From positions 608,001 to 672,000 of the forward strand of contig CP046106.1 of assembly GCA_013343275.1 (NCBI GenBank): a DNA stretch of 64,000 nt, read 5' to 3'. This document shows positions 1-9,007 of the stretch, piece by piece (position 1 is the first letter of the stretch; every line of letters starts with the position of its first letter). The DNA comes from Candidatus Nanohaloarchaea archaeon (GTDB lineage: Archaea > Nanohalarchaeota > Nanosalinia > Nanosalinales > Nanosalinaceae). The position numbers were made by a program, and so were the translations under genes. The notes below the pieces were generated by a model. It had not been told where the DNA came from and did no database searches. It worked only from the letters and a program-made list of their open reading frames with translations.

Positions 1-127
1 CTGGTCTACTGAAAGATCTCCCATACGTTCCTCGTTCAGGTACAAAGTATTTTCTTCCACTTCTCAAACATGGTTCTCAAAATATAAAATAACTCAACTC
101 GAATCGAATCTTGGAGGGGTTGAATTC

Positions 128-1216
128 TTGGAACAGTACCACGAACTGGTAGAGAACATTCTCGAAAACGCAAACTACAGGCCTAACAGGACAGGAGTCG
201 ACACTTTAAGCACTTTCTCACAGCACTTCAAAGTCGACTTGCAGGAAGGATTTCCGCTGCTGACGACTAAAGACATGTCTGGCTACAGGTGGAACTCTTT
301 GATCCATGAACTACTTTGGTACTTCTCAGGAGAAGAACACATCAAGAACTTAAGAGAGCACACCAAGATCTGGGACGCATGGGCCGACGAACAAGGCCTT
401 CTACCGACAGCATACGGCCGTTTCTGGAGGAGATACCCGATCCCTGAAGACGAAGATTTGCTTGAGGGAGAGTGGTGGCCGACAAATACCGACGAATGGA
501 TCGAAAAAGCAGAAGACCAGTACGATCTCAGCGAGGATGAGATCAGAGAAGGAATCAGCCAGTGGATAAACGAAGAGGAAGATGGAAGAAAAACTTTCGA
601 CCAGATCCAGTACGTAATCGATACTTTGAATGGCGACCACCCATATAGATCCAAGAACTCGAGGAGACTGATTATCAACGCATGGCACCCGGCCAACGCA
701 GCAGTCTCAAAGCTTCCACCATGCCACTTCACCTGGGTTCTCAACGTACAGAACGGAAAACTGAACACACACCTCACACAGCGGTCAGGCGATACCGCGC
801 TCGGAATACCGTTCAATATAGCCGCATACGCACTGATAACCAAGATCATAGCGAAGCAGACTGATCTGGAGCCAGGAAAGTTCTCCCACACGATCGTAGA
901 CTCCCACATATACTGTGGAAAAGGAGAAAGAGGCCAGTGGTACGAGGAAAACCTCGAGAAACTCAAAGAGAAAGTTTCAGAGGCCTCTGAAAAAGAAGAT
1001 TTCCTCCAGATCAGAGAATGGATAATAGAAAACGCTCCGGAGCAGGAGAAAAACTATGACCATGTTCCAAACCTGTTGAAGCAACTCTCCCGAGAACCAA
1101 GGAAAAGGCCTTCGATCAATCTTCCTGGGAAAAGCATTGAAGAACTGGAGTACGAGGACTTTGAACTGGAAAGCTATGATCCTCATGAAGGCCTTGAGTT
1201 TTCGGTGGCGGAGTGA
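128..1216 (+). CDS. thyA: thymidylate synthase (ThyA), with insertions
   Basis: RTGVDT, LPPCH catalytic Cys, QRSGD..LGIPFNIA.Y and DSHIY motifs; TTG start after a GGAGG-like SD. Confidence 0.96.
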   Translation: MEQYHELVENILENANYRPNRTGVDTLSTFSQHFKVDLQEGFPLLTTKDMSGYRWNSLIHELLWYFSGEEHIKNLREHTKIWDAWADEQGLLPTAYGRFWRRYPIPEDEDLLEGEWWPTNTDEWIEKAEDQYDLSEDEIREGISQWINEEEDGRKTFDQIQYVIDTLNGDHPYRSKNSRRLIINAWHPANAAVSKLPPCHFTWVLNVQNGKLNTHLTQRSGDTALGIPFNIAAYALITKIIAKQTDLEPGKFSHTIVDSHIYCGKGERGQWYEENLEKLKEKVSEASEKEDFLQIREWIIENAPEQEKNYDHVPNLLKQLSREPRKRPSINLPGKSIEELEYEDFELESYDPHEGLEFSVAE

Positions 1217-1755
1217 TGTCGGACAGCAGGGATCCGGATTACGAGAACGAGATAAGGCCTTTGATAAGGAGTTTCGGTAGAAATGAGTTCCGTGCAAGAG
1301 ATCTAAGTTCTCTAAGTAGTTACTCTCCTCAGGGCCTCGGCCATAAACTGAAGTCAGCAGCGGATAAAGAGGCCTACAGCATAGAGGTTGTAGATCGCTT
1401 TCCTTACGTTTTCCAGGTTCCTGACGAAGAACTGGAAGATATCTCCCCGGAGAGGAATGAAAATGCAGAGTACCTTGAGATTTTCCATATAGGTGAGGCC
1501 TACAGACTGCTACTAGATGAGGGTCAAGAGGAGGATGAAGAATCAGAAAGAGATGGATTTGACGAAGTTTACAGCATGCTTGAGGAAGATGACGAGCTAT
1601 CTGAGAAAGAGGTTCGTAGAGAGTTAAACAATCATATAGATCTGGAGACGATGGGCGCCAGAATGCAGAGAAATGGAGAGCTATTCCAGAATTTCAAGGA
1701 ATACAGAGATGTCGAATACATTTCCGAACAGAAAAAATTCACATTAGAGGGTTAA
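1216..1755 (+). CDS. hypothetical acidic protein, possible winged-helix domains
   Basis: Open frame overlapping the thyA stop (GTGATG) and ending 2 nt before folA; acidic composition like the real genes. Confidence 0.75.
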   Translation: MSDSRDPDYENEIRPLIRSFGRNEFRARDLSSLSSYSPQGLGHKLKSAADKEAYSIEVVDRFPYVFQVPDEELEDISPERNENAEYLEIFHIGEAYRLLLDEGQEEDEESERDGFDEVYSMLEEDDELSEKEVRRELNNHIDLETMGARMQRNGELFQNFKEYRDVEYISEQKKFTLEG

Positions 1756-1757
1756 AA

Positions 1758-2228
1758 ATGGAGAGAATCATTATAGCAGCAGTAGCAGAGAACAATGTAA
1801 TCGGGAAGGATGGAGAGATACCCTGGCATATCCCAGAAGACCTGAAACATTTCAAGGAGAAAACTACAGGCCATCCGGTAATCATGGGCCGTAAAACATT
1901 CGAATCACTGCCAGAAGATTACAGGCCCCTACCTTCTCGTACCAACATAGTACTCACGAAATCAGGGATCGATAGAGAAGACATCAGAGTTGCTGAAAGC
2001 CTTGAAGAGGCCTACAGCATCGCAGAAGAGATCGACGACAAGGCCTTCATCATAGGCGGTGCTTCCGTCTACAAACAGGCCTTACCTGATGCCGACAGAA
2101 TGGTTCTGACAGAAGTGCATAGAGAAGTCGACGGAGATACATACTTCCCGGAGTTTGATGAAGAAAAGTGGAGAGAAATCGAAAGAGAGGAACACGAAGG
2201 ATTTGACTTCGTGACTTACTCGCGGTAG
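1758..2228 (+). CDS. folA: dihydrofolate reductase
   Basis: IGKDGEIPWHIPEDL, MGRKTFES, PLPSRTNIVL, IGGASVY and GDTYFP motifs. Confidence 0.97.
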   Translation: MERIIIAAVAENNVIGKDGEIPWHIPEDLKHFKEKTTGHPVIMGRKTFESLPEDYRPLPSRTNIVLTKSGIDREDIRVAESLEEAYSIAEEIDDKAFIIGGASVYKQALPDADRMVLTEVHREVDGDTYFPEFDEEKWREIEREEHEGFDFVTYSR

Positions 2229-2366
2229 TTACCAAGTTTCTCAGGAACTTTCCGGAAATCTACCCTGCCCGTGTACTGGAGCACGGCTACGACAACCAGT
2301 ATCTTCGGTGAGTCATAAGAGTTTTGCACACCTATCCTATGTGTGGGCAATTCAAAATCGGAGGAA

Positions 2367-4637
2367 GTGAAGGTTGAAGACCTTGATATTCCTGAGAGAA
2401 TCAAGCAGGACTACATCGAGGAGGGAATTACAGAGCTGAATCCTCCACAGAGACAAGCCATTAACTCAGGCCTTATGGCGGGTAGCGATATGATTGTCGC
2501 AGCGCCGACGGCCTCCGGGAAAACCTTTATCGCGGAATTAGCGATGGTTAACCAGGTTGTCAAGCAGGACAAAACCGCTGTATACATCGTGCCGTTGAAG
2601 GCTCTGGCCTCTGAGAAGTACCAGGATTTCAGCGAACGCTACGAGAATCTGAACGTCAGGATCTCTGTAGGCGACCTCGACGATGAAGGTAAAGGCCTTG
2701 ACAACGCAGATATAGTGGTAACTACCTCTGAGAAGCTGGATTCCATGCTGAGACATAACCCGAGCTGGATTCACAACATAGGCCTTGTAGTAACGGACGA
2801 AATCCATTTACTGACTTCTCCCGAGAGAGGGCCTACTCTAGAGGTTACATTGACGAGGCTGCGCGAACTCTTAGATTTCCAGATGCTGGGACTTTCCGCT
2901 ACGATCTCCAACTCCTCCGAGCTGGCCAAGTGGCTGGATGCAGAGCTTGTCGAATCAAGCTACAGGCCTGTAGATCTGGAGCATGGAGTCTACTGGCAGA
3001 ACGAGGTAGAGTTCTTCACCGGCGACGAGGACATAGATCAGGCTGAAGACAGTTCAGATGCTCCTGAAGGCTTCAAGACCGGGGCAGAGGTAAAGGAACA
3101 GGAAGATGTGAAAGAGGAAGGCCGTACCGAGTTTATCGATGATGTGCACGGCCGCGGCGTTACAAATATTATTGAAGATACTCTTGAGAAAGAAAAACAG
3201 GCCATTGTGTTCTGTAACTCACGGAAAGGTGCGGAAAAAAGCTCTGACCGGGCTGCAGAAGTTACAGACAACGATATCAGCTATCAGGAGCGTCAGGACC
3301 TGGAGGAGTATGCAGACAGGATTTTGAACGTTCTTGGTTCGCCCACCTCCCAGTGCAAGCGGCTGGCTGAGAATGTTCGGCAGGGCGCAGCCTTTCATCA
3401 TGCAGGATTGACTCAAAAGCAAAGATCTCTAGTTGAGGAAGCATTCAGAGAAGGATTGATCAGGACTGTTTCTGCTACTCCTACTCTGGCTGCTGGAGTT
3501 AATCTCCCGGCTTTCAGAGTTATCATCCGTGATCTAAAGCGTTATACAGGTAGCGGTATGGACTTTATCCCTGTTCTGGAGTATGAGCAGATGACAGGCC
3601 GTGCTGGGAGGCCGAAGTACGATGATCGTGGGGAGGCTATCAGTATTGCGAAGAATCCTGGTATGAAGGATGAGATTCTGGAGAGGTATATCCTGGGTGA
3701 GCCGGAGAGGATTCAGTCGAAGCTGGCTGTTGAACCGGTTCTCAGGATGCATACTCTTTCTCTCGTGGCCTCGAAGTTCTGTACTGATATGGATGAGCTG
3801 TTGAGCTTTTACAAGAAGACTTTCTACGCGCACCAGTTCGAGGAACTCTCAGAAGTTGAGGCCCAGATTCAGGATGTTGTCGACCAGCTGATAGATTACG
3901 GGTTCATGGAGGCCGAGGAAAGCGATCTGGAGGCTACAAAGGTTGGCAGGAGAGTTTCAGAGCTGTATATCGATCCGGATTCTGCGCATAGAATGCTGGA
4001 GTCTCTGGAGAAGGCCGAACAAATGGATGAGACGAGGCCTATCTCCTATCTTTTCATGTTGGCCCGTACTTCGGAGATGAATCCTCCTCTGCGGGTTAAG
4101 GATGATGAATGGAGCGATTACGAGCAGATGTTGATGGATGCTCAGGATTACCTGCTTGAGTCGGTGCCTAATGAGTGGGATGTCGAGTACGAGGCTTTCA
4201 TGAACTCTATGAAGACTGCGGCGATGATGCAGGCCTGGATTGGTGAGAACGATGAGGAGAAGTTGATGAACGAGTTCAATATTGCGCCTGGCGGTATCCG
4301 GGCGAAGATGCGTAACGCTGACTGGCTGGTGTACGCTGCGAAAGAGCTGGCCCGTACAGAGGATATAGATACCGGTAAAGACCTGGAAAAGCTCAGAATA
4401 CGTCTGAAGCATGGTATCAAGGAGGAGTTACTGGGCCTTGTGAAGTACGATCAGATTGGTAGGGTGCGGGCCCGGAAGCTGTACGATAACGGTGTCAGGG
4501 ATAAAGAGGATATCCGTGAAGTTGGTTTTGAGAAGTTGAAGAAGTTGATCGGTAAGCGGACTGCGAAGAAGCTGAAGAAACAGGTCGGCGAGGAGAATAT
4601 CTTTGATCGCGAGAACATTATGGATTATTTCGAGTAA
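2367..4637 (+). CDS. hel308: Ski2-like SF2 DNA helicase Hel308
   Basis: APTASGKT, DEIH, LSAT, FHHAGL, QMTGRAGRP and C-terminal HhH IGRVRARKLY; GTG at 2367 follows GGAGG (ORF track start 2343). Confidence 0.93.
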   Translation: MKVEDLDIPERIKQDYIEEGITELNPPQRQAINSGLMAGSDMIVAAPTASGKTFIAELAMVNQVVKQDKTAVYIVPLKALASEKYQDFSERYENLNVRISVGDLDDEGKGLDNADIVVTTSEKLDSMLRHNPSWIHNIGLVVTDEIHLLTSPERGPTLEVTLTRLRELLDFQMLGLSATISNSSELAKWLDAELVESSYRPVDLEHGVYWQNEVEFFTGDEDIDQAEDSSDAPEGFKTGAEVKEQEDVKEEGRTEFIDDVHGRGVTNIIEDTLEKEKQAIVFCNSRKGAEKSSDRAAEVTDNDISYQERQDLEEYADRILNVLGSPTSQCKRLAENVRQGAAFHHAGLTQKQRSLVEEAFREGLIRTVSATPTLAAGVNLPAFRVIIRDLKRYTGSGMDFIPVLEYEQMTGRAGRPKYDDRGEAISIAKNPGMKDEILERYILGEPERIQSKLAVEPVLRMHTLSLVASKFCTDMDELLSFYKKTFYAHQFEELSEVEAQIQDVVDQLIDYGFMEAEESDLEATKVGRRVSELYIDPDSAHRMLESLEKAEQMDETRPISYLFMLARTSEMNPPLRVKDDEWSDYEQMLMDAQDYLLESVPNEWDVEYEAFMNSMKTAAMMQAWIGENDEEKLMNEFNIAPGGIRAKMRNADWLVYAAKELARTEDIDTGKDLEKLRIRLKHGIKEELLGLVKYDQIGRVRARKLYDNGVRDKEDIREVGFEKLKKLIGKRTAKKLKKQVGEENIFDRENIMDYFE

Positions 4638-5019
4638 AACGTCTTCTGTCCTCCAGAGAGTTCTGCGCTTCATCAAATACCTCTTCAAGATAATCTGATT
4701 TCAGGAACTCCTGTGTATTTGACCATAGGCCTAGATGGTCGAAAGGCTCTGGGAAAATAGATTCTGTTTCCACTGCTTGCTCGCTCTCGAAGTAAAGATC
4801 AAGCTTGTCATCTACCTCATCCAGAGACTCCAGGAGCGATTCGTACACCTCTCTTTCCGTATCTCGGAACACTGCCGCCGTATCCGGATCATCCAGTTCC
4901 TCCAGCCTCTCATCGAGAATACCTTCCAGCACAGAGACATATTCACCTAACTGGTCCTCAGGTACAAGATTCAGAGGCTGCTGATAGCTTTTCAATGAGT
5001 ACTCGCTCCAGTTCGACAT
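4618..5019 (-). CDS. hypothetical acidic protein
   Basis: ATG start, acidic composition, convergent overlap with hel308. Confidence 0.65.
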   Translation of the reverse strand: MSNWSEYSLKSYQQPLNLVPEDQLGEYVSVLEGILDERLEELDDPDTAAVFRDTEREVYESLLESLDEVDDKLDLYFESEQAVETESIFPEPFDHLGLWSNTQEFLKSDYLEEVFDEAQNSLEDRRRFTRNNP

Positions 5020-5098
5020 ATTAAACCATGTAACAACAGAAATTTTTCTATCTTTCGCCCCAGAAAAAGAAGTAAAGAGTAAATAAGGAGGGCCTTTT

Positions 5099-5968
5099 CT
5101 AGAGTAGGCCCGTGAAGAAATCTACGATCGCTACGACAATTCCTGAGTCGGCGGATTGACTGTCTTTCTCAGTCTTGTTTCCTGTCGCGTTGCCTTTTTC
5201 AGGGGTGTAGGATTCATTTCCTGTGCTCTTTGTGTCTTCTGTTGCATTGGTTGAATCCTGTGTCTGTTCCTGTTCTGTCTGGTTGCCCTCTTCTGTTGAG
5301 TCAGCTGTCTCGTTGGTTGTCTGATCAGAAGTGGTGTCGTCGCTGGTTGTGTCGTCAGTGGACTGTTCTGACGTGTTTTGATCTGTAGAGTCCTGTGTCT
5401 GTGAGTCCCGGGTTGTGTCTATCTCGTTGTCTGTAGTTGTATCTTCTGAATCTGTGTCCTTCTGTCCAAGATATGTTGTCAGAAGTGTCGAGGTCGAGGT
5501 TCCTGTCCTGCTGTCCTCAACTGTACCTGTAAATGATAGCTCCATACTCTCGTTAGGATAAGTTACTGTAACATCTACAGAAGCTGTTGTATCGACGTTG
5601 TCTGCGTCGCTTGGACTTACGGAGAAAGTTACTGTCTCTGTAACTGTGTCGTTGTCGACTCCGTTAACCAGTTCCGCCGAGCTGCTGATCGAGACGTTCT
5701 TGATAGAGGCCTGGTTGACAGAGATATTGCCTTCAAGGACCTCCGGGAAATGGATGTAGAATGTATCTGTATCTCCATCAGCACTCAGATTGTTAACGTC
5801 GAAGACAACTTCCTGGTTGCTTACAGTCTCGCCAGGCACTGGATTCGCCGGTTCAAGGCTGGCATCGCCGAAAGTTGCTGAAGTTGCAAGGCCCGCAAGC
5901 AAAGCGAAAGAAAAGGCCATTGCGGAAAGTTTGAATACATTACCGAAAGTTCCTGTCGAATTTTCCAT
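5099..5968 (-). CDS. secreted/surface protein with Ig-like domain, S/T/D-rich linker and C-terminal hydrophobic tail
   Basis: Signal peptide (AFSFALLAGLATSA), beta-rich domain, DDTTS repeats, N-x-S/T sequons, C-terminal IVVAIVDFFTGLL. Confidence 0.8.
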   Translation of the reverse strand: MENSTGTFGNVFKLSAMAFSFALLAGLATSATFGDASLEPANPVPGETVSNQEVVFDVNNLSADGDTDTFYIHFPEVLEGNISVNQASIKNVSISSSAELVNGVDNDTVTETVTFSVSPSDADNVDTTASVDVTVTYPNESMELSFTGTVEDSRTGTSTSTLLTTYLGQKDTDSEDTTTDNEIDTTRDSQTQDSTDQNTSEQSTDDTTSDDTTSDQTTNETADSTEEGNQTEQEQTQDSTNATEDTKSTGNESYTPEKGNATGNKTEKDSQSADSGIVVAIVDFFTGLL

Positions 5969-6055
5969 AGGTTTGCACCAATATAGCAAGAAAAAGTATA
6001 GGCCGCCAACCTTAAGTTAGTTGGCAGATAGAGCAGAAAGAAGCTTGCTAGAGGC

Positions 6056-6913
6056 CTATAAAGCCCTCTCCTCTATCCTTTCAACCATGTCGGGGTGGCC
6101 GGCGAAGAAAGGGGTTCTCTGATGAATATCGTCAACCTGTACATCCAGCACCGATCTATCACCGTTACTTGAGGCGCTTCCTGCAGTCTCAGCAATGAAA
6201 GCCATCGGGTTGCCCTCGAAAAGTATCCGGTACTTGCCGTTATCGTAGCCTTCCTTCGCAGGATAGCCAAATACCCCGCCGTGGTGCAGCATCTGGTTGA
6301 AGTCGCCGACGAGCGAGCCACCGTAACGGAGCTTGAACTCATCCGAGAACTCTTCTTCTAACTCCTCGAAACTTTCAAACCAGGACTTGTTACCGCCGAA
6401 ACCGTACGTCTTCTTGCCTTCAATCTCTACATCCTCGCTCGCCAGATAGAGATTAACTTCATCACCAGAACTTTCCTCAACAACGTACTCATCTACCTGG
6501 CCGTTCCTTGCGACAGTAACAGTTGTCAGAGGTCCGTAGAGAATGTAAAATGCAGCTACAAGATCCTCACCGCTGCAGGGTAGCACTCCATCGTAGATAC
6601 CGACAATTGTTCCTACAAGATTATTTGTCGGAATGTTAGAAGAGCCATCCAGTGGATCGATGGCCACGGAAAGGCCTTCACCACAATCAGTTACTTCATG
6701 CTCTTCCTCCGATGCAAACTGGCCTACTCCTTCGATAGAGGTTATCTTCTCCTTGAAAAATTCGTTGGCCCATACATCGGCCTCCATCATTTTCTCATCC
6801 GAAGGATTTTCTTCCCCAACGTACTCTCTGCGGTGCATCAGGCCCGAGGAAATATGTGGTACGGCCTCGGCTACTTTCTGGATTAATTCGTCGACCACAT
6901 CTTCTTTTTCCAT
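6056..6913 (-). CDS. fbp: class 1 fructose-1,6-bisphosphatase
   Basis: SEE, DPLDGSSN, RYGGSLVGD and GKYRILFEGNPMAF motifs. Confidence 0.95.
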   Translation of the reverse strand: MEKEDVVDELIQKVAEAVPHISSGLMHRREYVGEENPSDEKMMEADVWANEFFKEKITSIEGVGQFASEEEHEVTDCGEGLSVAIDPLDGSSNIPTNNLVGTIVGIYDGVLPCSGEDLVAAFYILYGPLTTVTVARNGQVDEYVVEESSGDEVNLYLASEDVEIEGKKTYGFGGNKSWFESFEELEEEFSDEFKLRYGGSLVGDFNQMLHHGGVFGYPAKEGYDNGKYRILFEGNPMAFIAETAGSASSNGDRSVLDVQVDDIHQRTPFFAGHPDMVERIEERAL

Positions 6914-6914
6914 T

Positions 6915-7694
6915 TTAATCCTCGAAGATTACTTCCTCAAGCTGGTCAAGCAGTTCTTCCGGGTTCTCACGCTGGAAGATATTCCTTCCGACAGCAAGGC
7001 CGTTTCCGCCCGCGTCTATCACGCTCTGAACATCTTCAATGAAGGCCTCGTCGCTTCTCTTGGATCCTCCAGACATAACTGTTTTCATCTCACCGGTTAC
7101 ACGTTCAACTTCCTCCCAGTGCTCCTGTTTGCCCGGGTACTTGCATTTTACCATGTCTGCGCCAAGCTCAAGGCCGAGCCTTGCTGCGTACGCAATTAGA
7201 TCAGGGTCTTTCTGGCCGGAGTAGTCGGAGTTCTGAACTCCTTTTCCTCTTGGATAGGCCCACATTACTACCGGTACACCGTATTTCCGGGCCTCTTCCT
7301 GTACTTCTCGGAACTCCTTCCACATCTGGTCCTCGTGAATGCTTCCTGCGTACATCGTGTATCCCACTGCGTCAGCTCCCAGTTCTTCGACCGCATACTC
7401 CACGCTGCACTGTTTCGGACTGTAGTAGTCCTCTCTTTCTGGCAGGGCCGAGTTACCGTTTAACTTGAGAAGCAGATTTACTTCGTCGCGGTACTCCGGA
7501 TAGTATGTCTCCGCTACTCCCTTCTGAACCGCCACACATGTTACAGCATCGTGGCGGCCGACCTCGAAAACGTGTCTTGGATCAGCACTTTCAGGCTGCG
7601 GTTCGAAATCCGTAGGCCCATGCTCTGTTCCATGGTCATAAGCCAGGATTAGGGAGTTACCATTGCGGAAGATAGTATCGTTATCGAATTTCAT
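6915..7694 (-). CDS. fba: class I (DhnA-type) fructose-bisphosphate aldolase
   Basis: LAYDHGTEHGP, WAYPRG, ELGADMVKCKY (Schiff-base Lys) and GRNIFQ motifs. Confidence 0.93.
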   Translation of the reverse strand: MKFDNDTIFRNGNSLILAYDHGTEHGPTDFEPQPESADPRHVFEVGRHDAVTCVAVQKGVAETYYPEYRDEVNLLLKLNGNSALPEREDYYSPKQCSVEYAVEELGADAVGYTMYAGSIHEDQMWKEFREVQEEARKYGVPVVMWAYPRGKGVQNSDYSGQKDPDLIAYAARLGLELGADMVKCKYPGKQEHWEEVERVTGEMKTVMSGGSKRSDEAFIEDVQSVIDAGGNGLAVGRNIFQRENPEELLDQLEEVIFED

Positions 7695-7801
7695 AATACG
7701 AAGTATTACGTTTGGCTGAATTTTAATCTTGCGGAGGCCCGTGATATTCCTGCCTTTTTACCAATCTTTAAAATCTAGCTAGAGCCAAATTTATCTTAAC
7801 G

Positions 7802-9007
7802 ATGCCCGACTCCGATTACGAACCTGATATAGAGACAGGCGCAGACACATTACTGGATTTCCTGGAAGAGAAGTCAAAATACCCTGTCTCACAGATTTCT
7901 GAAGATCTCGGTATACCAGAGGATCAGGTGGAGAGATGGGCAAAAGCTCTCGAGAAAAGCGGCCTTGTAAGCATTGATTACTCCGCGATAAAGGGCATGG
8001 TTCTGGAATATGCCTCCGATAAGTCTGTAGAAGAACTTAACAGAGGTAGACACGAGCTTTCGCTGGAGACAGATAGCGTTGAAATCAATGTAGAGGAGAT
8101 TGAGGAAGAGGAGGGCGAAGTTGAGAGCAGCGGAAACAGCAGCGAGGCTGGCTTCGTAGAGAAAGATGAAGGAGAAGAGGAAGATACAGAAGGGAAAGAT
8201 ACTAGTGAAGATTCCTCTGAGAGCAGCAAACCTTCTGCAACAGATTCCGGAGATCAGGAGTCAGATGAACCTGGGTCAGATAGCAGCCAGGAAGATCAGA
8301 GTATAGAATTTGGCCCGGAAGGAGAGCACGAAGGAACCGAAAAAAGCAAAGATGATACTAATGGTTCTCCAGCAGGAGAAGGTCCTGATGTAGATATTTC
8401 AGCCGAAGAGAGCGATTCCGGGGAGTCCGACAGCCCCGGAGTTACTATGAAGGCCAAGAAGGCCATGCTGAACAAGCTTAAAGGAAAAAGCAAAGATAGT
8501 TCTAAGAGCAAGTCTTCCGAAAAATCCCGATCTGGCGAAGGAGAAAACACTGTCCAGAAGGATTCTGGAAGCCAGAGTTCCGGAGAGAGCGAGGTTTCTG
8601 ATAAGATAGATTCTGATCTATCTCATATCAAGAGTAAGAGTTCTGGAAAGTACAGTTCTGAGGAGGATATTGACTGGAATCCTGGCGAGAATATTCAGGA
8701 AGTGGATCAGAATATAAAGGAGCTATCGGATCTGCTTACAGACCCAGAGGTAGATGACGATGAGGTATATGATAGGATAGACTATCAGACAGAGGTGCTG
8801 AAGGACAAGTTGAAGGAGAAGCCTCTTTCAGAAAGGGATAACGAGGAGGAGCTCAGGGACGATATTACGGAAACGATCGAGACCTTAAACAAGAAGATTA
8901 GTGAGTCCGGAAGCCTCAGAAACCGTTTGAAGTCTTTAATACGTACTATCAAGGCTTATCTGGCTAAATTTGTTAATGCTATAGGGATACAGAAGGTGGA
9001 TGAATAA
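7802..9007 (+). CDS. hypothetical protein: N-terminal winged HTH, long acidic/Ser-rich disordered region, C-terminal helical domain
   Basis: IETGADTLL..VSQISEDLGIP..VERWAKALEKSGLV; its stop overlaps the ATPase start (TAATG). Confidence 0.8.
   Translation: MPDSDYEPDIETGADTLLDFLEEKSKYPVSQISEDLGIPEDQVERWAKALEKSGLVSIDYSAIKGMVLEYASDKSVEELNRGRHELSLETDSVEINVEEIEEEEGEVESSGNSSEAGFVEKDEGEEEDTEGKDTSEDSSESSKPSATDSGDQESDEPGSDSSQEDQSIEFGPEGEHEGTEKSKDDTNGSPAGEGPDVDISAEESDSGESDSPGVTMKAKKAMLNKLKGKSKDSSKSKSSEKSRSGEGENTVQKDSGSQSSGESEVSDKIDSDLSHIKSKSSGKYSSEEDIDWNPGENIQEVDQNIKELSDLLTDPEVDDDEVYDRIDYQTEVLKDKLKEKPLSERDNEEELRDDITETIETLNKKISESGSLRNRLKSLIRTIKAYLAKFVNAIGIQKVDE

Noticed and set aside
5325-5360. Short tandem repeat encoding DDTTS
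   Set aside because: Ordinary low-complexity linker of a surface protein, not a CRISPR or mobile repeat.
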